Part shown: piece by piece, positions 20,847-31,187 of the stretch
Layout of the letters: every line of letters begins with the position of its first letter
Position numbering within the stretch: position 1 is the first letter of the stretch
Assembly (NCBI RefSeq): GCF_020885515.1
Contig: NZ_AP024987.1
Coordinates: 1,440,001 to 1,472,000 of the forward strand
Direction: 5' to 3'
Length of the DNA stretch: 32,000 nucleotides
DNA from: a cyanobacterium endosymbiont of Braarudosphaera bigelowii
GTDB taxonomy: Bacteria > Cyanobacteriota > Cyanobacteriia > Cyanobacteriales > Microcystaceae
Notes under the pieces: model-generated
Database searches by the model: none
Told to the model about the DNA's origin: nothing
Seen by the model: the letters and a program-made list of their open reading frames with translations, nothing else
Position numbers and translations under genes: made by a program

Positions 20847-21323
20847 ATGACCAAAATAATCTTAATAAAACAGAATGATATAGTTAACTTGGATATTAGT
20901 GTCATCACTAATATTATCGAACCAAAATTAAAAAAAGAAGAGGTTATATCACTTGAACAAACCTTCACCTTTGATATTGAGTATCCCCAACCATCTAGCG
21001 ATCCTAGAGAACTATCTGAAATTTCTGAAATCCGTTTATGGTTTATTCGTCTAGATGGAATATACCCATGGATACCTTTTATTTTAGATCCCAAAAAAGG
21101 AGAATTAGCAAGATATACAGCAATGCTAGTTCCTCATCAGTTCAATAGAGTAAATGGAATCCAGTATAATTCTGAGGCACTAGAAATCTTTGTGATGCAT
21201 AAGTTATTTATCATATCTGATTGGCTAAAAAAACAAAATATCTATTCTATATTTCGTTTAAAAAATATTGCTCAGTTACTAGGCTATGATGTTGAAGAGA
21301 ATTTTTTTAAAAAATTGTCTTAA
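20847..21323 (+). CDS. CRR6/DUF1817-like protein (NDH-1 assembly/maturation factor)
   Basis: 158 aa; DPRELSEISEIRLWFIRLDGIYPWIPFILDPKKGELARYTAMLVPHQFNRVNGIQYNSEALEIFVMHKLFIISDWL matches the family pattern as I remember it. Confidence 0.72.
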   Translation: MTKIILIKQNDIVNLDISVITNIIEPKLKKEEVISLEQTFTFDIEYPQPSSDPRELSEISEIRLWFIRLDGIYPWIPFILDPKKGELARYTAMLVPHQFNRVNGIQYNSEALEIFVMHKLFIISDWLKKQNIYSIFRLKNIAQLLGYDVEENFFKKLS

Positions 21324-21337
21324 TAAAAAAAAGAACA

Positions 21338-21829
21338 CTACACAATATTTTTATCAGATATTTCTTGTAGATGTTCCTTAACTGTTTTTCTCGTTATTGG
21401 ATGTTTCCAGGTAGACGCTATAGTACAAAGGGGTAGCAAAACGAATTTACGTTTTGTCATTTGAGGATGTGGTATTTGTAAAAAAGGTGTCTCGATAATC
21501 AAATGTTCGCATAACAAAATATCTAAATCCAGAGTTCTTGCACCCCATTTTTCATCTCGAACCCTTCCAAATCTTTTTTCAATATTCAATAAAACTTCTA
21601 ATAATTTTTTAGGATTAATTGGTGAATTTACAATGACACAACCATTGTAATAGATAGGTTGTTTTGGTCCTATTGGAAACGTTTTATAGAAAGGAGAATA
21701 TGAAGTTAAATCTATATTAGGATACCGAGACAAAAGTATTATTACTTTATCCAAGATAGCACATGAATCTCCTAGATTACTTCCTAAAGCAACTGCATAT
21801 TCAACCATATTTATTACGTAAAACATCAT
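21338..21829 (-). CDS. folK: 2-amino-4-hydroxy-6-hydroxymethyldihydropteridine diphosphokinase
   Basis: 163 aa; ALGSNLGD, LLEVLLNIEKRFGRVRDEKWGARTLDLDILL, IPHPQMTKRKFVLLPL. Confidence 0.95.
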   Translation of the reverse strand: MMFYVINMVEYAVALGSNLGDSCAILDKVIILLSRYPNIDLTSYSPFYKTFPIGPKQPIYYNGCVIVNSPINPKKLLEVLLNIEKRFGRVRDEKWGARTLDLDILLCEHLIIETPFLQIPHPQMTKRKFVLLPLCTIASTWKHPITRKTVKEHLQEISDKNIV

Positions 21830-21936
21830 ATAACTACTTTAAATTATTGATTATTAAAATATTTATTTAATCTTCTAATTTATATAGTTCAGTATCTTAA
21901 ATATCCTTGATAACTTTTAAAAGTTGATTGAAATTA

Positions 21937-24594
21937 TTAAAATTCAGCTTTATTCTTCGAACCTGTAATTTTGTCTGAAATATCTTCTAGTAAAGTATAG
22001 AGAACTGGTACAACAATCAAGCTTAATGCAGAAGAAGTAAATAATCCTCCAAGGATCGCTACAGCCATTGGTTGTCTTAATTCAGCTCCAGCACCTAATC
22101 CAATCGCGATTGGCAACATTCCTAAGATACTTGAAGCAGTAGTCATTATTATTGGACGTAACCGAACTTCTCCTGTTCTTAAGATAGCATCATGACGACT
22201 CATGCCTTGTGCTCTAAGTTGATTAGTGTAGTCCATCAATAGAATGGCGTTTTTGTCTAAAAGTCCTAGCAAAAATATTAGCCCAATTAATGAAATCATT
22301 CCAAAATCATTTTGCGTAATTAATAGAGCAAACATTGCTCCAACTATTGATAAAGGTAGAGATAAAAATACTACAAAAGATTCTAAAAAGCGTCCGAAAG
22401 TTAAGTATAGGATTATCATCATACATGCGATAGCAAAAAATAAGGTAATAGCAAATTCTTTAAAAATGCTAAGAACTTGAGCAGATGCTCCTTGGATCTC
22501 AAAATTAACATTATCAGGTAAAAGTTTCGTGGTTATTTCTTTTACTTTCTTGGTAGTATCTCCTAAGCCTACGCCTTCAAATAAGTTAGCAGTTAAATAT
22601 ATAACTCTAGTTTTTTGAAAGTGTTCAATTAAAGAGTTATGGCTATTAATCGATGATAATTTAATATCTGCTAAACCTGATAAGCTATCTAAACGTCTTT
22701 TTAAATCTTGGGCCGTCTTCTCAAGACTTTCTAAGTTATCACTTAATAATGCTATTTTCAAAGGACTATCGTCACCAGTCTCAATAAAGAGAATATCCTC
22801 TACACTTATACTTCCTCCTCTTAAAGTTGGAAATTTCCTTCTAAGTTCATTTTGAACCTGACTAGTGCTTAAAGATCTGTTTTCTTTGAGCCTGACGTAT
22901 ATCTTTCCTTTGAGCGGATTACCTTGATAGCCAGCAGTACTATAAACTGATAAGACGTTAGAATTTTCCAAAATGACGCTTTCTAATTTACTAGCAACAC
23001 GATAATTTTTCCGCAATAGAAAACGTTCGGGAGACTGAGAAAAATCTTGAAATAAAGAAAAATTATTGTTATCTAAGTTTTTATCATGAGCTACTTGTAA
23101 ACGCTTCGGAATTTTAGGAGATGGCAAATTATAAATTACATTAAACTCTCCTCTATCTAGTTTTGGAATAAAACCTTGAGGAATGAATGGAATTAATGCA
23201 ATTCCAATTAAAAAACTTACAAGAGCGGCGCTAATAACTATCTTTCTATTACATAAAGACCAATTTAGGAGTCGACGATATTCTTGGGCAAGAAAAAATG
23301 GTTTTTTATGAGTATCTAATGATTTTTTTGTTGGTTTTATCCAATATATTGCTAGAACGGGAGATAAAGTACGAGCTACTAACAGAGAAATTAAAACAGC
23401 TGCAGAAATAGTAATACCAAAGGGTTTGAAAAATTGTCCTAGGCTTCCCCCAATAAATGCAATGGGAAGAAAAACAGCAGCTAGAGTTAATGTCGAAGAT
23501 ATGACTGTTAACCCAATTTCATCGGTGCCTTTAATTGCTGCTTCACGTGGAGTCATCCCATTATCAATATGACGAGTTATATTTTCTACATCTACAATTG
23601 CATCATCAACAATAATACCTATAACAAGAGCTAATCCTAACAAGGTAATTGTTTCTAAATTGAATTTAGCTATAGCTATGACAATGAAAGTTCCCAATAA
23701 TGATATAGGAATAGCTAAAGCAGTAATTAAAGTTGCTGGAATATTACGTAAACAAAAAAATATAACTAGAACAGCTAGGATAATAGCTCCCATCAATGCT
23801 TCTAATGTTGCTTGACTAGCTTCTTCAATATAGTTAGCTTGATTCTCAGCAATAGTTAATCGAATATCAGGTAGTGTTGCACTTAAATTAGTTACTTCTT
23901 TTTGAACAGCTGCAGCAACATCCAAAATATTACTATCTGCAGTTTTAACTACTTGAACTGCTAGAATATCTTCTTGGTTAAGCCTAGTTAAAGTTAATAG
24001 TTCTGAGTCTAGTGCATCTCTTTCTTCATCTTGAAAGAAACCATCTCCTAGTAGTGAAACTCTTTTAACCCCTGACAAAGATTTAAGCGAAGGAATAATA
24101 TTTTCTTTTGCAACCGATATTAAATTTTCAACCTCTATAGTCTTACTAGATATTGCATAAGTAACTGCTACAGATTCATTTAAATTAATAGCTTTAACTT
24201 CTTCTAAAACTGCATCAGAAGATAAACTTGCCTTTTCTAATGATTTTTTAATAGCTGAAGCTGACTCTTCTAAGCTTGATCCTGCAGGAAAACTAATATT
24301 AATTACGGTTTTACCAGGATAAGTGGAAGACATTAATTCTACTTCAGGAATTGAACTTAAAGCAGTTTCTAAAGGATTGGTAAGTTGTTGCTCGGTTTCT
24401 AAAGTGGTTTCTAGGGGTATATTTCCACTAACGATAATTACGGGAAAAGAAATTTCAGGAAATAAGGCGTATTTTAGAGAATTAAAGGCGAATATACCTG
24501 AAATAGCAATAGTAATTACTATAAACAAGGTGACTTTTGTATATTTAATTGCTATGCGGGAAATGTTTAGGTATTCTCGCCAAGATTTTTTCAT
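21937..24594 (-). CDS. efflux RND transporter permease subunit (AcrB/HAE family), short form
   Basis: 885 aa; ALFPEISFPVIIVSGNIP, ALVIGIIVDDAIVDVENI, GLIFLLGLLDKNAILLMDY, RLRPIIMTTASSILGMLPIAIGLGAGAELRQPMAVAILGGLFTS. Confidence 0.92.
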   Translation of the reverse strand: MKKSWREYLNISRIAIKYTKVTLFIVITIAISGIFAFNSLKYALFPEISFPVIIVSGNIPLETTLETEQQLTNPLETALSSIPEVELMSSTYPGKTVINISFPAGSSLEESASAIKKSLEKASLSSDAVLEEVKAINLNESVAVTYAISSKTIEVENLISVAKENIIPSLKSLSGVKRVSLLGDGFFQDEERDALDSELLTLTRLNQEDILAVQVVKTADSNILDVAAAVQKEVTNLSATLPDIRLTIAENQANYIEEASQATLEALMGAIILAVLVIFFCLRNIPATLITALAIPISLLGTFIVIAIAKFNLETITLLGLALVIGIIVDDAIVDVENITRHIDNGMTPREAAIKGTDEIGLTVISSTLTLAAVFLPIAFIGGSLGQFFKPFGITISAAVLISLLVARTLSPVLAIYWIKPTKKSLDTHKKPFFLAQEYRRLLNWSLCNRKIVISAALVSFLIGIALIPFIPQGFIPKLDRGEFNVIYNLPSPKIPKRLQVAHDKNLDNNNFSLFQDFSQSPERFLLRKNYRVASKLESVILENSNVLSVYSTAGYQGNPLKGKIYVRLKENRSLSTSQVQNELRRKFPTLRGGSISVEDILFIETGDDSPLKIALLSDNLESLEKTAQDLKRRLDSLSGLADIKLSSINSHNSLIEHFQKTRVIYLTANLFEGVGLGDTTKKVKEITTKLLPDNVNFEIQGASAQVLSIFKEFAITLFFAIACMMIILYLTFGRFLESFVVFLSLPLSIVGAMFALLITQNDFGMISLIGLIFLLGLLDKNAILLMDYTNQLRAQGMSRHDAILRTGEVRLRPIIMTTASSILGMLPIAIGLGAGAELRQPMAVAILGGLFTSSALSLIVVPVLYTLLEDISDKITGSKNKAEF

Positions 24595-24760
24595 AAAAAT
24601 TCGTACCTTTTTACACCATTTACATAATTAATACATAGTTAAATCATGAGCCTACTTTAAAAGCTAGGCTTTAATAAAGTTTTGGAGTTATTGTTTCTAC
24701 TAGTAATATTTTTATAGTATCTTTCGAAAATATTTAGTATCTTCTCTATTATCTGAAATT

Positions 24761-25108
24761 TCAACTATCAAAAAGAATATTATCGAAAATAGCTTGAAAG
24801 CAAGTCTCTCCAAATTTAGTTAGAGTTTGTCTAGCTTTACCATCTTTAGCACGATATTTATTGTAAAGTGTAGAGAATGCTTGACTAGAATATTTTTTCT
24901 TTAGCGAACGGATAGTACAGTTGCATCCTTCTTTCGCTTCATTTTCATTTAGTCCAGCTTTCTTTGCTTCAGGAACGCATGCTTGATTGTAAAATTGTGT
25001 GAATGGGTCAGCAGCGTTTACATTAGAAGAGACAAGTATTGTACTTAATCCTAAAGAGCAACACACCACATTTGTTAATAACTTCTGATTTATATTCATA
25101 TTGTACAT
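24761..25108 (-). CDS. small putatively secreted/periplasmic protein with conserved-looking cysteines, function unknown
   Basis: 115 aa; signal-peptide-like N-terminus ending SSNVNAADP, mature part with four Cys (C-V-P, GCNC, ETC). Preceded by a long intergenic region and no overlap with other CDSs. Confidence 0.7.
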   Translation of the reverse strand: MYNMNINQKLLTNVVCCSLGLSTILVSSNVNAADPFTQFYNQACVPEAKKAGLNENEAKEGCNCTIRSLKKKYSSQAFSTLYNKYRAKDGKARQTLTKFGETCFQAIFDNILFDS

Positions 25109-25329
25109 AAGGGCATAACAAGATTATAGATTAATACCTTGCATCCTTGCCTTGCAGTCTATTATTTAATATTATGGTAGTAACACTAACATTATACTGG
25201 TTATTTCTACTGTACAACTTGTTTTGACAAAGAAAATGTAGTTTAAGGTTCTTAAGAAAAATTTGAGATTTATATATTATTAATTTCTGTTTTTATTTAA
25301 TAATCTTTGCTATAGTATAAATATTGTTC

Positions 25330-25400
25330 GGCGGCATGGCCAAGTGGTAAGGCAGAGGTCTGCAAAATCTTTATCCCCAGTTCGAATCTGGGTGCCGCCT
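25330..25400 (+). tRNA. tRNA-Cys (anticodon GCA)
   Basis: Acceptor GGCGGCA pairs with TGCCGCC, anticodon loop CTGCAAA, T-arm CCCCAGTTCGAATCTGGG, discriminator T; CCA not encoded. Confidence 0.97.
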
Positions 25401-25586
25401 TATTTTATATATTTATAAGTTTTTCGTTCAATTTACTACTCTGAACGAGAGACTTGTAAGTCAACCGAGCTACATACAATTGATAATTACTAGTTAATAA
25501 GTAACATTTAATAAGCTTATTACTCGATTTCGTATGTTAAAGTATTAATCCATACCTCAGTTTTCGACTAAAATATCCTTTAACTA

Positions 25587-26417
25587 TTAAAGATTACTAG
25601 AATCTAGACTTTCAGCTACTTCTGGAGAAAGAGGTAAATGTAAACCACATTCTTGTTTTAATCCGTGAAAACGAGTGTCTCGTTCATTATTGTCATCTGC
25701 TTTCATTGGACGACTTGAATGCCAATCTCCCACACTAACATATCCTTTTTCAAAGTAGGGGTGATATGGAAGTTCATTAACAGTTAAGTAATTATAAACA
25801 TCACGAGAGTTCCAGTCTAAAATAGGATGTATTTTATATTGTTTCTCTCGTAAAACAATTGTTTCTAGAGATTTGCGGTGTTCTGTTTGTTGACGACGTA
25901 AACCAGCTAGCCAAGCCGTAGAATTAAGTTCTTTTAAAGCTCTTTGCATTGGTTCAACTTTACGCATAAAATCATAGCGGTTTAGAGCATTAACATTTTG
26001 GTGTTCCCATAATTTACCATAAAGAGCTTCCATTCTTGCTGGAGTAAGAGAAGATTGATAGACTTTTAAATTTAGGTTAAGTCGTTCAGTTAGTTCTTGG
26101 GCAAATCGATAAGTTTCTGCAGGAAGGTAACCCGTATCAACCCAAATAACTGAAATATCCGGAACTACTCTAGTAGCTAAATGTAACATTACTGCAGCTT
26201 GAATACCGAAACTTGTGCTGATAACTAGCCCATTACCAAAAGTTTCTGCTGCCCACTCTATAACTTGTTGAGCGCTGGCATCTTTTAGTTTATGTTTAAC
26301 CTCTTCTAAAGATAAATCAGGTCTACCAATTTCTTGAGCATCGGTATTGTAAAGATGTTCAGAAAGCTGCTGATTATTCAGATAAGTATTTACAGAACGG
26401 AAATCTGATTTGGACAT
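25587..26417 (-). CDS. cysH: phosphoadenylyl-sulfate (PAPS) reductase
   Basis: 276 aa; [78 protein letters not shown] near the C-terminus. Confidence 0.95.
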   Translation of the reverse strand: MSKSDFRSVNTYLNNQQLSEHLYNTDAQEIGRPDLSLEEVKHKLKDASAQQVIEWAAETFGNGLVISTSFGIQAAVMLHLATRVVPDISVIWVDTGYLPAETYRFAQELTERLNLNLKVYQSSLTPARMEALYGKLWEHQNVNALNRYDFMRKVEPMQRALKELNSTAWLAGLRRQQTEHRKSLETIVLREKQYKIHPILDWNSRDVYNYLTVNELPYHPYFEKGYVSVGDWHSSRPMKADDNNERDTRFHGLKQECGLHLPLSPEVAESLDSSNL

Positions 26418-27088
26418 ATGATAATTCTTTTATACATTCAATAATTATGTTTTAAGAAAAGTAACTACAATATAATATAAAATTAGAAGGCAACAGTTAA
26501 TCTTGTACAATTATATCTTGATTGATTTAGAGTAGATATCTTAATTACAATAATAAAGCAGAATTTAATAATTTATACCGAAAAAAGTTACTAATATAAA
26601 TTTATACAAACATTTGTTATTTGTGCAAATTTACAAAATTATCAAGTAGATTTTAAATAATTATTCTAAGAATAAAAATCTTCCATAGATATTAAAAATA
26701 AAGCATTCTAAAAATAACAGCTACTTTTTATATTTTTGCAGATTCTTAAAAAGCTATTCAAAGATTATTTCTTAATAACTACGAAATGTCTCATTTTTAT
26801 TCTACTTGTCATGTAATAAAATTGATTTCTATATTAAAGTTTTGTACTCCATAAAATTTTTTGCATAGCAAAGATTTTTCCTAATCTACATGTTGTTTGC
26901 TACTGACTTCCTACCAAAAATATAGATATTTTAACAGTCAGAATTATAAGACAGCTTTAGACTTTAATAACTCATAATCACCTGGGGAAAATATTATGAA
27001 GTACTTCTAGAAACAAAAAATTTAAATATAATTATTTAGAATATTAAAAAATTAAGTTTAGTAGTTAAATTGATTATTTTCTTTATTT

Positions 27089-27820
27089 TTATAACTCTTC
27101 TCCAGGTTCTAAAATACGTTGAAAAAGATATCCAGTACCTCTCGCTGTTAGTATTAGTTCAGGATTACTTGGATCATCTTCTAACTTTGCTCTTAAACGA
27201 GAAATATGAACATCTACTACTCTAGTATCTACGTGGCGTTCTGGAGTATATCCCCATACTTCTTGTAATATTTCTGAGCGAGAGAAAGGTTCACCAGAAC
27301 GGCTTACTAACAATTCCAATAAACTAAATTCCATTCCTGTTAAACGTATACGCTCATCACCTTTATAAACTTGACGTTTATTTGTATCAATTTTTATCGA
27401 GGCAATAGAAATTACCCCAGAATTAGGAATTCCTGGAGTACTGCTTTTCTCTACTCGTCTTAATACAGAACGGATCCTCGCCTCTAACTCTTTTGGTGAA
27501 AAAGGTTTAACTACATAATCGTCAGCTCCTAATTCTAGTCCTGTAATACGATCAGCAACATCTCCTAAGGCGGTCAACATTATAATTGGTATATCTGATT
27601 CTTTACGTAATTCTTGACATACTCCATAACCATCTAATTTTGGCATCATTACGTCTAAAACGACCAAGTCAGGTACTGTATTATAAAAAATCTCTAAAGC
27701 TTCCTCTCCATCAGCAGCTGTTACAACATCATAGCCAATCATAGAGAGACGAGTCTCTAAAATGCGACGTATACTTGCTTCGTCATCAACTACTAGGATT
27801 TTCTCTTTATATGTTTCCAA
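27089..27820 (-). CDS. rpaB: OmpR/PhoB-type response regulator, RpaB (Ycf27)-like
   Basis: 243 aa; KILVVDDEASIRRILETRLSMIGYDVVTAADGEEALE...VLDVMMPKLDGYGVCQELRKESDIPIIMLTALGDVADRITGLELGADDYVVKPFSPKELEARIRSVLRR plus C-terminal winged helix. Confidence 0.92.
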   Translation of the reverse strand: METYKEKILVVDDEASIRRILETRLSMIGYDVVTAADGEEALEIFYNTVPDLVVLDVMMPKLDGYGVCQELRKESDIPIIMLTALGDVADRITGLELGADDYVVKPFSPKELEARIRSVLRRVEKSSTPGIPNSGVISIASIKIDTNKRQVYKGDERIRLTGMEFSLLELLVSRSGEPFSRSEILQEVWGYTPERHVDTRVVDVHISRLRAKLEDDPSNPELILTARGTGYLFQRILEPGEEL

Positions 27821-28064
27821 TTTTACTCACACTCCCTAATTATTAAGTAAAGTTATCAGCTTCTATTAAGTTAAATAGCTAACTATCAGTTTCAATAAGA
27901 TTCAGAATATTTTTTTGTTATCCTTGCGTTTAAGTTATTGATTTAGAATATAAGTATAATATAAGTCTAAAAGTAAATATTTTCCTAACACTTTTTATCG
28001 TTTTCTCTTTTTTTAAACTATATTCAATTCTTTAATTTTTTTTAATGATTCTACAAATTTAATT

Positions 28065-29528
28065 ATGGTTAAGAAACGAACCGTATATATATGCAGTATG
28101 TGTGGGACAGAATCTGTTCAATGGTTTGGTAAATGTGAATCTTGTCAAAGTTACGGAACTCTAGAGGAACAAATTATCGTAATACCAAGCCCTTCTGAAA
28201 ACATTTTAAGAAGAGAAAAGATATCCTATTCTAGCAAAGAGAATAACCTTCGAAATACGCCAAAACCAAATATTTCAAGTTGTTTTGACGAAATTACGGA
28301 AAATGAGAAAATGCAATTTCACTCTGGATATAAGGAATTAGATAGAGTTTTAGGGGGTGGAGTTGTTCCAGGCTCTTTAGTTTTAATTGGTGGTGATCCT
28401 GGTATTGGAAAATCAACTTTATTGCTACAAGTAGCTAATAAATTAGCTCAACAATTACCTCGTATTTTATACATTTCTGCAGAAGAGTCAGCACAACAAA
28501 TTAAGCTACGTGCTTCTCGTTTGATGATGTTAAATACTGAGAAAATAAATAATAAAAATATAGAAAAAAAAGAGCTAGAGAGATGTAATAGTAAAAGTCT
28601 TTTTATACTATCAGAAACAAATCTAGAAGAGATTCTTAGAGAACTAGAATCTCTTCAGCCGCAAGTAGCTATTATTGATAGTATTCAAACCTTATATCTT
28701 GCAACATTGAACTCAGCTCCTGGTTCTATTTCCCAGGTTAAAGAGTGTACGTCAATCTTGATGCAATTAGCAAAGAGAGATAACATCACTTTATTTATTG
28801 TTGGACATGTAACAAAAGAAGGAACCATTGCTGGTCCTAGAGTATTAGAGCATTTAGTGGATACAGTACTATACTTCGAAGGAGATAGATACGCTTCTCA
28901 TCGTCTTTTAAGATCAGTCAAAAATCGTTTTGGTGCTACTCATGAAATTGGTATTTTTGAAATGATTGAAAGTGGGCTGGTAGAAGTGAAAAATCCCTCA
29001 GAATTATTTATGGGAAATCAAAATGAGATGGTACCTGGAACATCTCTCGTTGTTACCTGTGAAGGTACTCGACCCTTAGTTGTCGAATTACAAGCCTTAA
29101 TCAGTCCAACTAGTTATTCTTCTCCTCGCCGTTCCACAACAGGTATAGAATATAGCCGCCTACAGCAAATATTAGCCGTATTAGAAAAAAGAGTGGGAAT
29201 TCCTTTGTCTAAATTAGATGTATATGTTTCATCTACAGGGGGTTTAGGTGTTGAAGAGCCTGCAGCAGATCTAGGAATAGCAATCGCTATTGTTGCTAGT
29301 GTTAAAGATCAAATAATTATTCCAAATACTATATTAATTGGTGAGATAGGATTAGGTGGGCAAGTTCGTTCGGTACCACAAATAAAACTACGCTTAAAAG
29401 AAGCTGTTAAATTAGGCTTTACAAGAGCTATCATTCCAAATGGTAAAAATTATACTTTCAATATTAATTTAGAGATTATCTCTGTAGGAACAGTAATTGA
29501 TGCTATTAATGCTGCTTTTTTGGGTTAA
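28065..29528 (+). CDS. radA: DNA repair protein RadA (Sms)
   Basis: 487 aa; zinc finger CSMCGTESVQWFGKCESC, Walker A GGDPGIGKSTLLLQ, RadA motif KNRFGATHEIGIFEM, Lon-like C-terminal domain. Confidence 0.96.
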   Translation: MVKKRTVYICSMCGTESVQWFGKCESCQSYGTLEEQIIVIPSPSENILRREKISYSSKENNLRNTPKPNISSCFDEITENEKMQFHSGYKELDRVLGGGVVPGSLVLIGGDPGIGKSTLLLQVANKLAQQLPRILYISAEESAQQIKLRASRLMMLNTEKINNKNIEKKELERCNSKSLFILSETNLEEILRELESLQPQVAIIDSIQTLYLATLNSAPGSISQVKECTSILMQLAKRDNITLFIVGHVTKEGTIAGPRVLEHLVDTVLYFEGDRYASHRLLRSVKNRFGATHEIGIFEMIESGLVEVKNPSELFMGNQNEMVPGTSLVVTCEGTRPLVVELQALISPTSYSSPRRSTTGIEYSRLQQILAVLEKRVGIPLSKLDVYVSSTGGLGVEEPAADLGIAIAIVASVKDQIIIPNTILIGEIGLGGQVRSVPQIKLRLKEAVKLGFTRAIIPNGKNYTFNINLEIISVGTVIDAINAAFLG

Positions 29529-29904
29529 AAGATTATGAGCAAAGAGTACTGGAATTTTTAAGTACTTTAAATATGCCGTAAATATAGAAAATTATATTTT
29601 TGTAGCTTAGTTAAACATCATTAGTCAATATAGAGCAGTGAAGGAAAATATTTTAAAGTTCTAAAATATTTTTCTAATTTCAAAGAATAATAATTCTTGA
29701 TAAAGTTTTTGAAATAATTGAAATCTCTATTTTTATTATTAACACAAAAAACAGTTTTATAATCGTTTCAAAGTTAGATTAAAATTGCAAGTAATTTTGT
29801 ACAATTGAATTTTATAGATGAAATAACACTTCATGTTTAACGTATGACATAATCTTTAACTTTTGGGTAAGATATAAATAACTGAAATTTAAAACGTATA
29901 TCTT

Positions 29905-30351
29905 ATGTTTTCTACATCTACTATATTAACTAAATATGTGTTAAAAGCATTAAGACTTACCTTACCTATTGTTATTAGTATATTTACAATAAAAGTCAGT
30001 GAAGATAAGGCCTTCGCTCAAACATCTGCATTACCTACTACTTTAACTGTTCGCTCTGATATTCAAGAAGCAAATTCTGAAACTGGTACTGTGACAGCTA
30101 GAGGAAACGTTCAGTTTTTTTATCCTGCTCGTAAACTTCAAGGAACTGCTGCTCAGGCTCAATATTTTAGTCGAGAGCGACGTCTAGTTTTGACGGGTAA
30201 TGTTTATATTCTTGAAAATGGAAATAGTATAAGATCTGAAAGTATGGTATATCTAATGGATGAAGGACGGTTTATTGCAACTCCAGAGCCAACTCAACAA
30301 GTAGAATCAATATATTTAGTTGCTCCAGATTCAGAAACGGCTCCATATTAA
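29905..30351 (+). CDS. LptA/OstA-like periplasmic protein
   Basis: 148 aa; signal-like N-terminus, TLTVRSDIQEANSETGTVTARGNVQFFYPARKLQGTAAQAQYFSRERRLVLTGNVYILENGNSIRSE; immediately upstream of lptB. Confidence 0.82.
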   Translation: MFSTSTILTKYVLKALRLTLPIVISIFTIKVSEDKAFAQTSALPTTLTVRSDIQEANSETGTVTARGNVQFFYPARKLQGTAAQAQYFSRERRLVLTGNVYILENGNSIRSESMVYLMDEGRFIATPEPTQQVESIYLVAPDSETAPY

Positions 30352-30407
30352 TCCATTTTTTCAGATGGAAACAACTTTTCTAAACTTCTGATTCTTGAAA
30401 TTTTTTT

Positions 30408-31136
30408 ATGACACTGATTTTAGAGAATATACACAAAACTTATGGAAAGCGGAATATTGTCAATCGGGTTAGCATTAGAGTAGCACCTGGTGAAATTGTC
30501 GGATTACTTGGTCCTAATGGTGCGGGTAAGACTACTACTTTTTATATAGCAACAGGTTTAATTAAACCTGACAAAGGAAAAGTCTGGTTATATCAACAAG
30601 ATGTTACCTGTTTACCTTTGCATAAGAGAGCTCGTTTGGGTATTGGCTATATGACCCAACAACCTAGTATTTTTAGATATCTTACTGTTCAAGAAAATAT
30701 TCAAGTTGCCCTCGAACAAACAAATATTACTTTCAAACAAAGAGCACAACGTCTTAATGGTTTACTTAAAGAGTTTCGTTTAGAAAAAATTGCTCATACA
30801 AAAGGATCTCAAATATCAGGAGGAGAGAGACGTAGAACAGAGTTAGCACGTTCTTTAGCCATGGGGAAAAAAGGGCCAGACTTTTTATTATTAGACGAAC
30901 CTTTTGCCGGAGTCGATCCTATTGCTGTTTCAGAAATCCAAGTCATGATTGCTCAGTTACAAGAACGTAAAATGGGAATCCTTATTACCGATCATAACGT
31001 ACGCGAAACTCTTGCTATAACTAATCGAGCTTATATCATGCGTGATGGTCAAATCCTAGCAGCTGGAAGTGCTGAAGAGCTATATAGTAATTCTTTAGTA
31101 CGACAATATTACTTAGGAGAAAACTTCCAAATCTAA
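30408..31136 (+). CDS. lptB: LPS export ABC transporter ATP-binding protein
   Basis: 242 aa; GLLGPNGAGKTTTFYIATGLIKPDKGKVWL, RLGIGYMTQQPSIFRYLTVQENI, ISGGERRRTELARSLA, LLLDEPFAGVDPIAVSEIQ, ITDHNVRETLAITNRAYIM. Confidence 0.96.
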   Translation: MTLILENIHKTYGKRNIVNRVSIRVAPGEIVGLLGPNGAGKTTTFYIATGLIKPDKGKVWLYQQDVTCLPLHKRARLGIGYMTQQPSIFRYLTVQENIQVALEQTNITFKQRAQRLNGLLKEFRLEKIAHTKGSQISGGERRRTELARSLAMGKKGPDFLLLDEPFAGVDPIAVSEIQVMIAQLQERKMGILITDHNVRETLAITNRAYIMRDGQILAAGSAEELYSNSLVRQYYLGENFQI

Positions 31137-31187
31137 AATCATATAGACATTATAGATATTGGTCAAGTAAATTACCTTAAAATCAGA

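Noticed and set aside
20822-21094. Minus-strand ORF of 90 aa
   Set aside because: Antisense to the CRR6-like gene, low-complexity translation.
21870-21900. Short palindrome AACTTTTAAAAGTT near the 3' end of the RND gene
   Set aside because: Low-complexity A/T palindromes of this length are expected often in DNA this AT-rich; there is no supporting context.
22244-22480. Plus-strand ORFs of 78 aa and 102 aa (24323..24631)
   Set aside because: Both are antisense to the RND permease gene.
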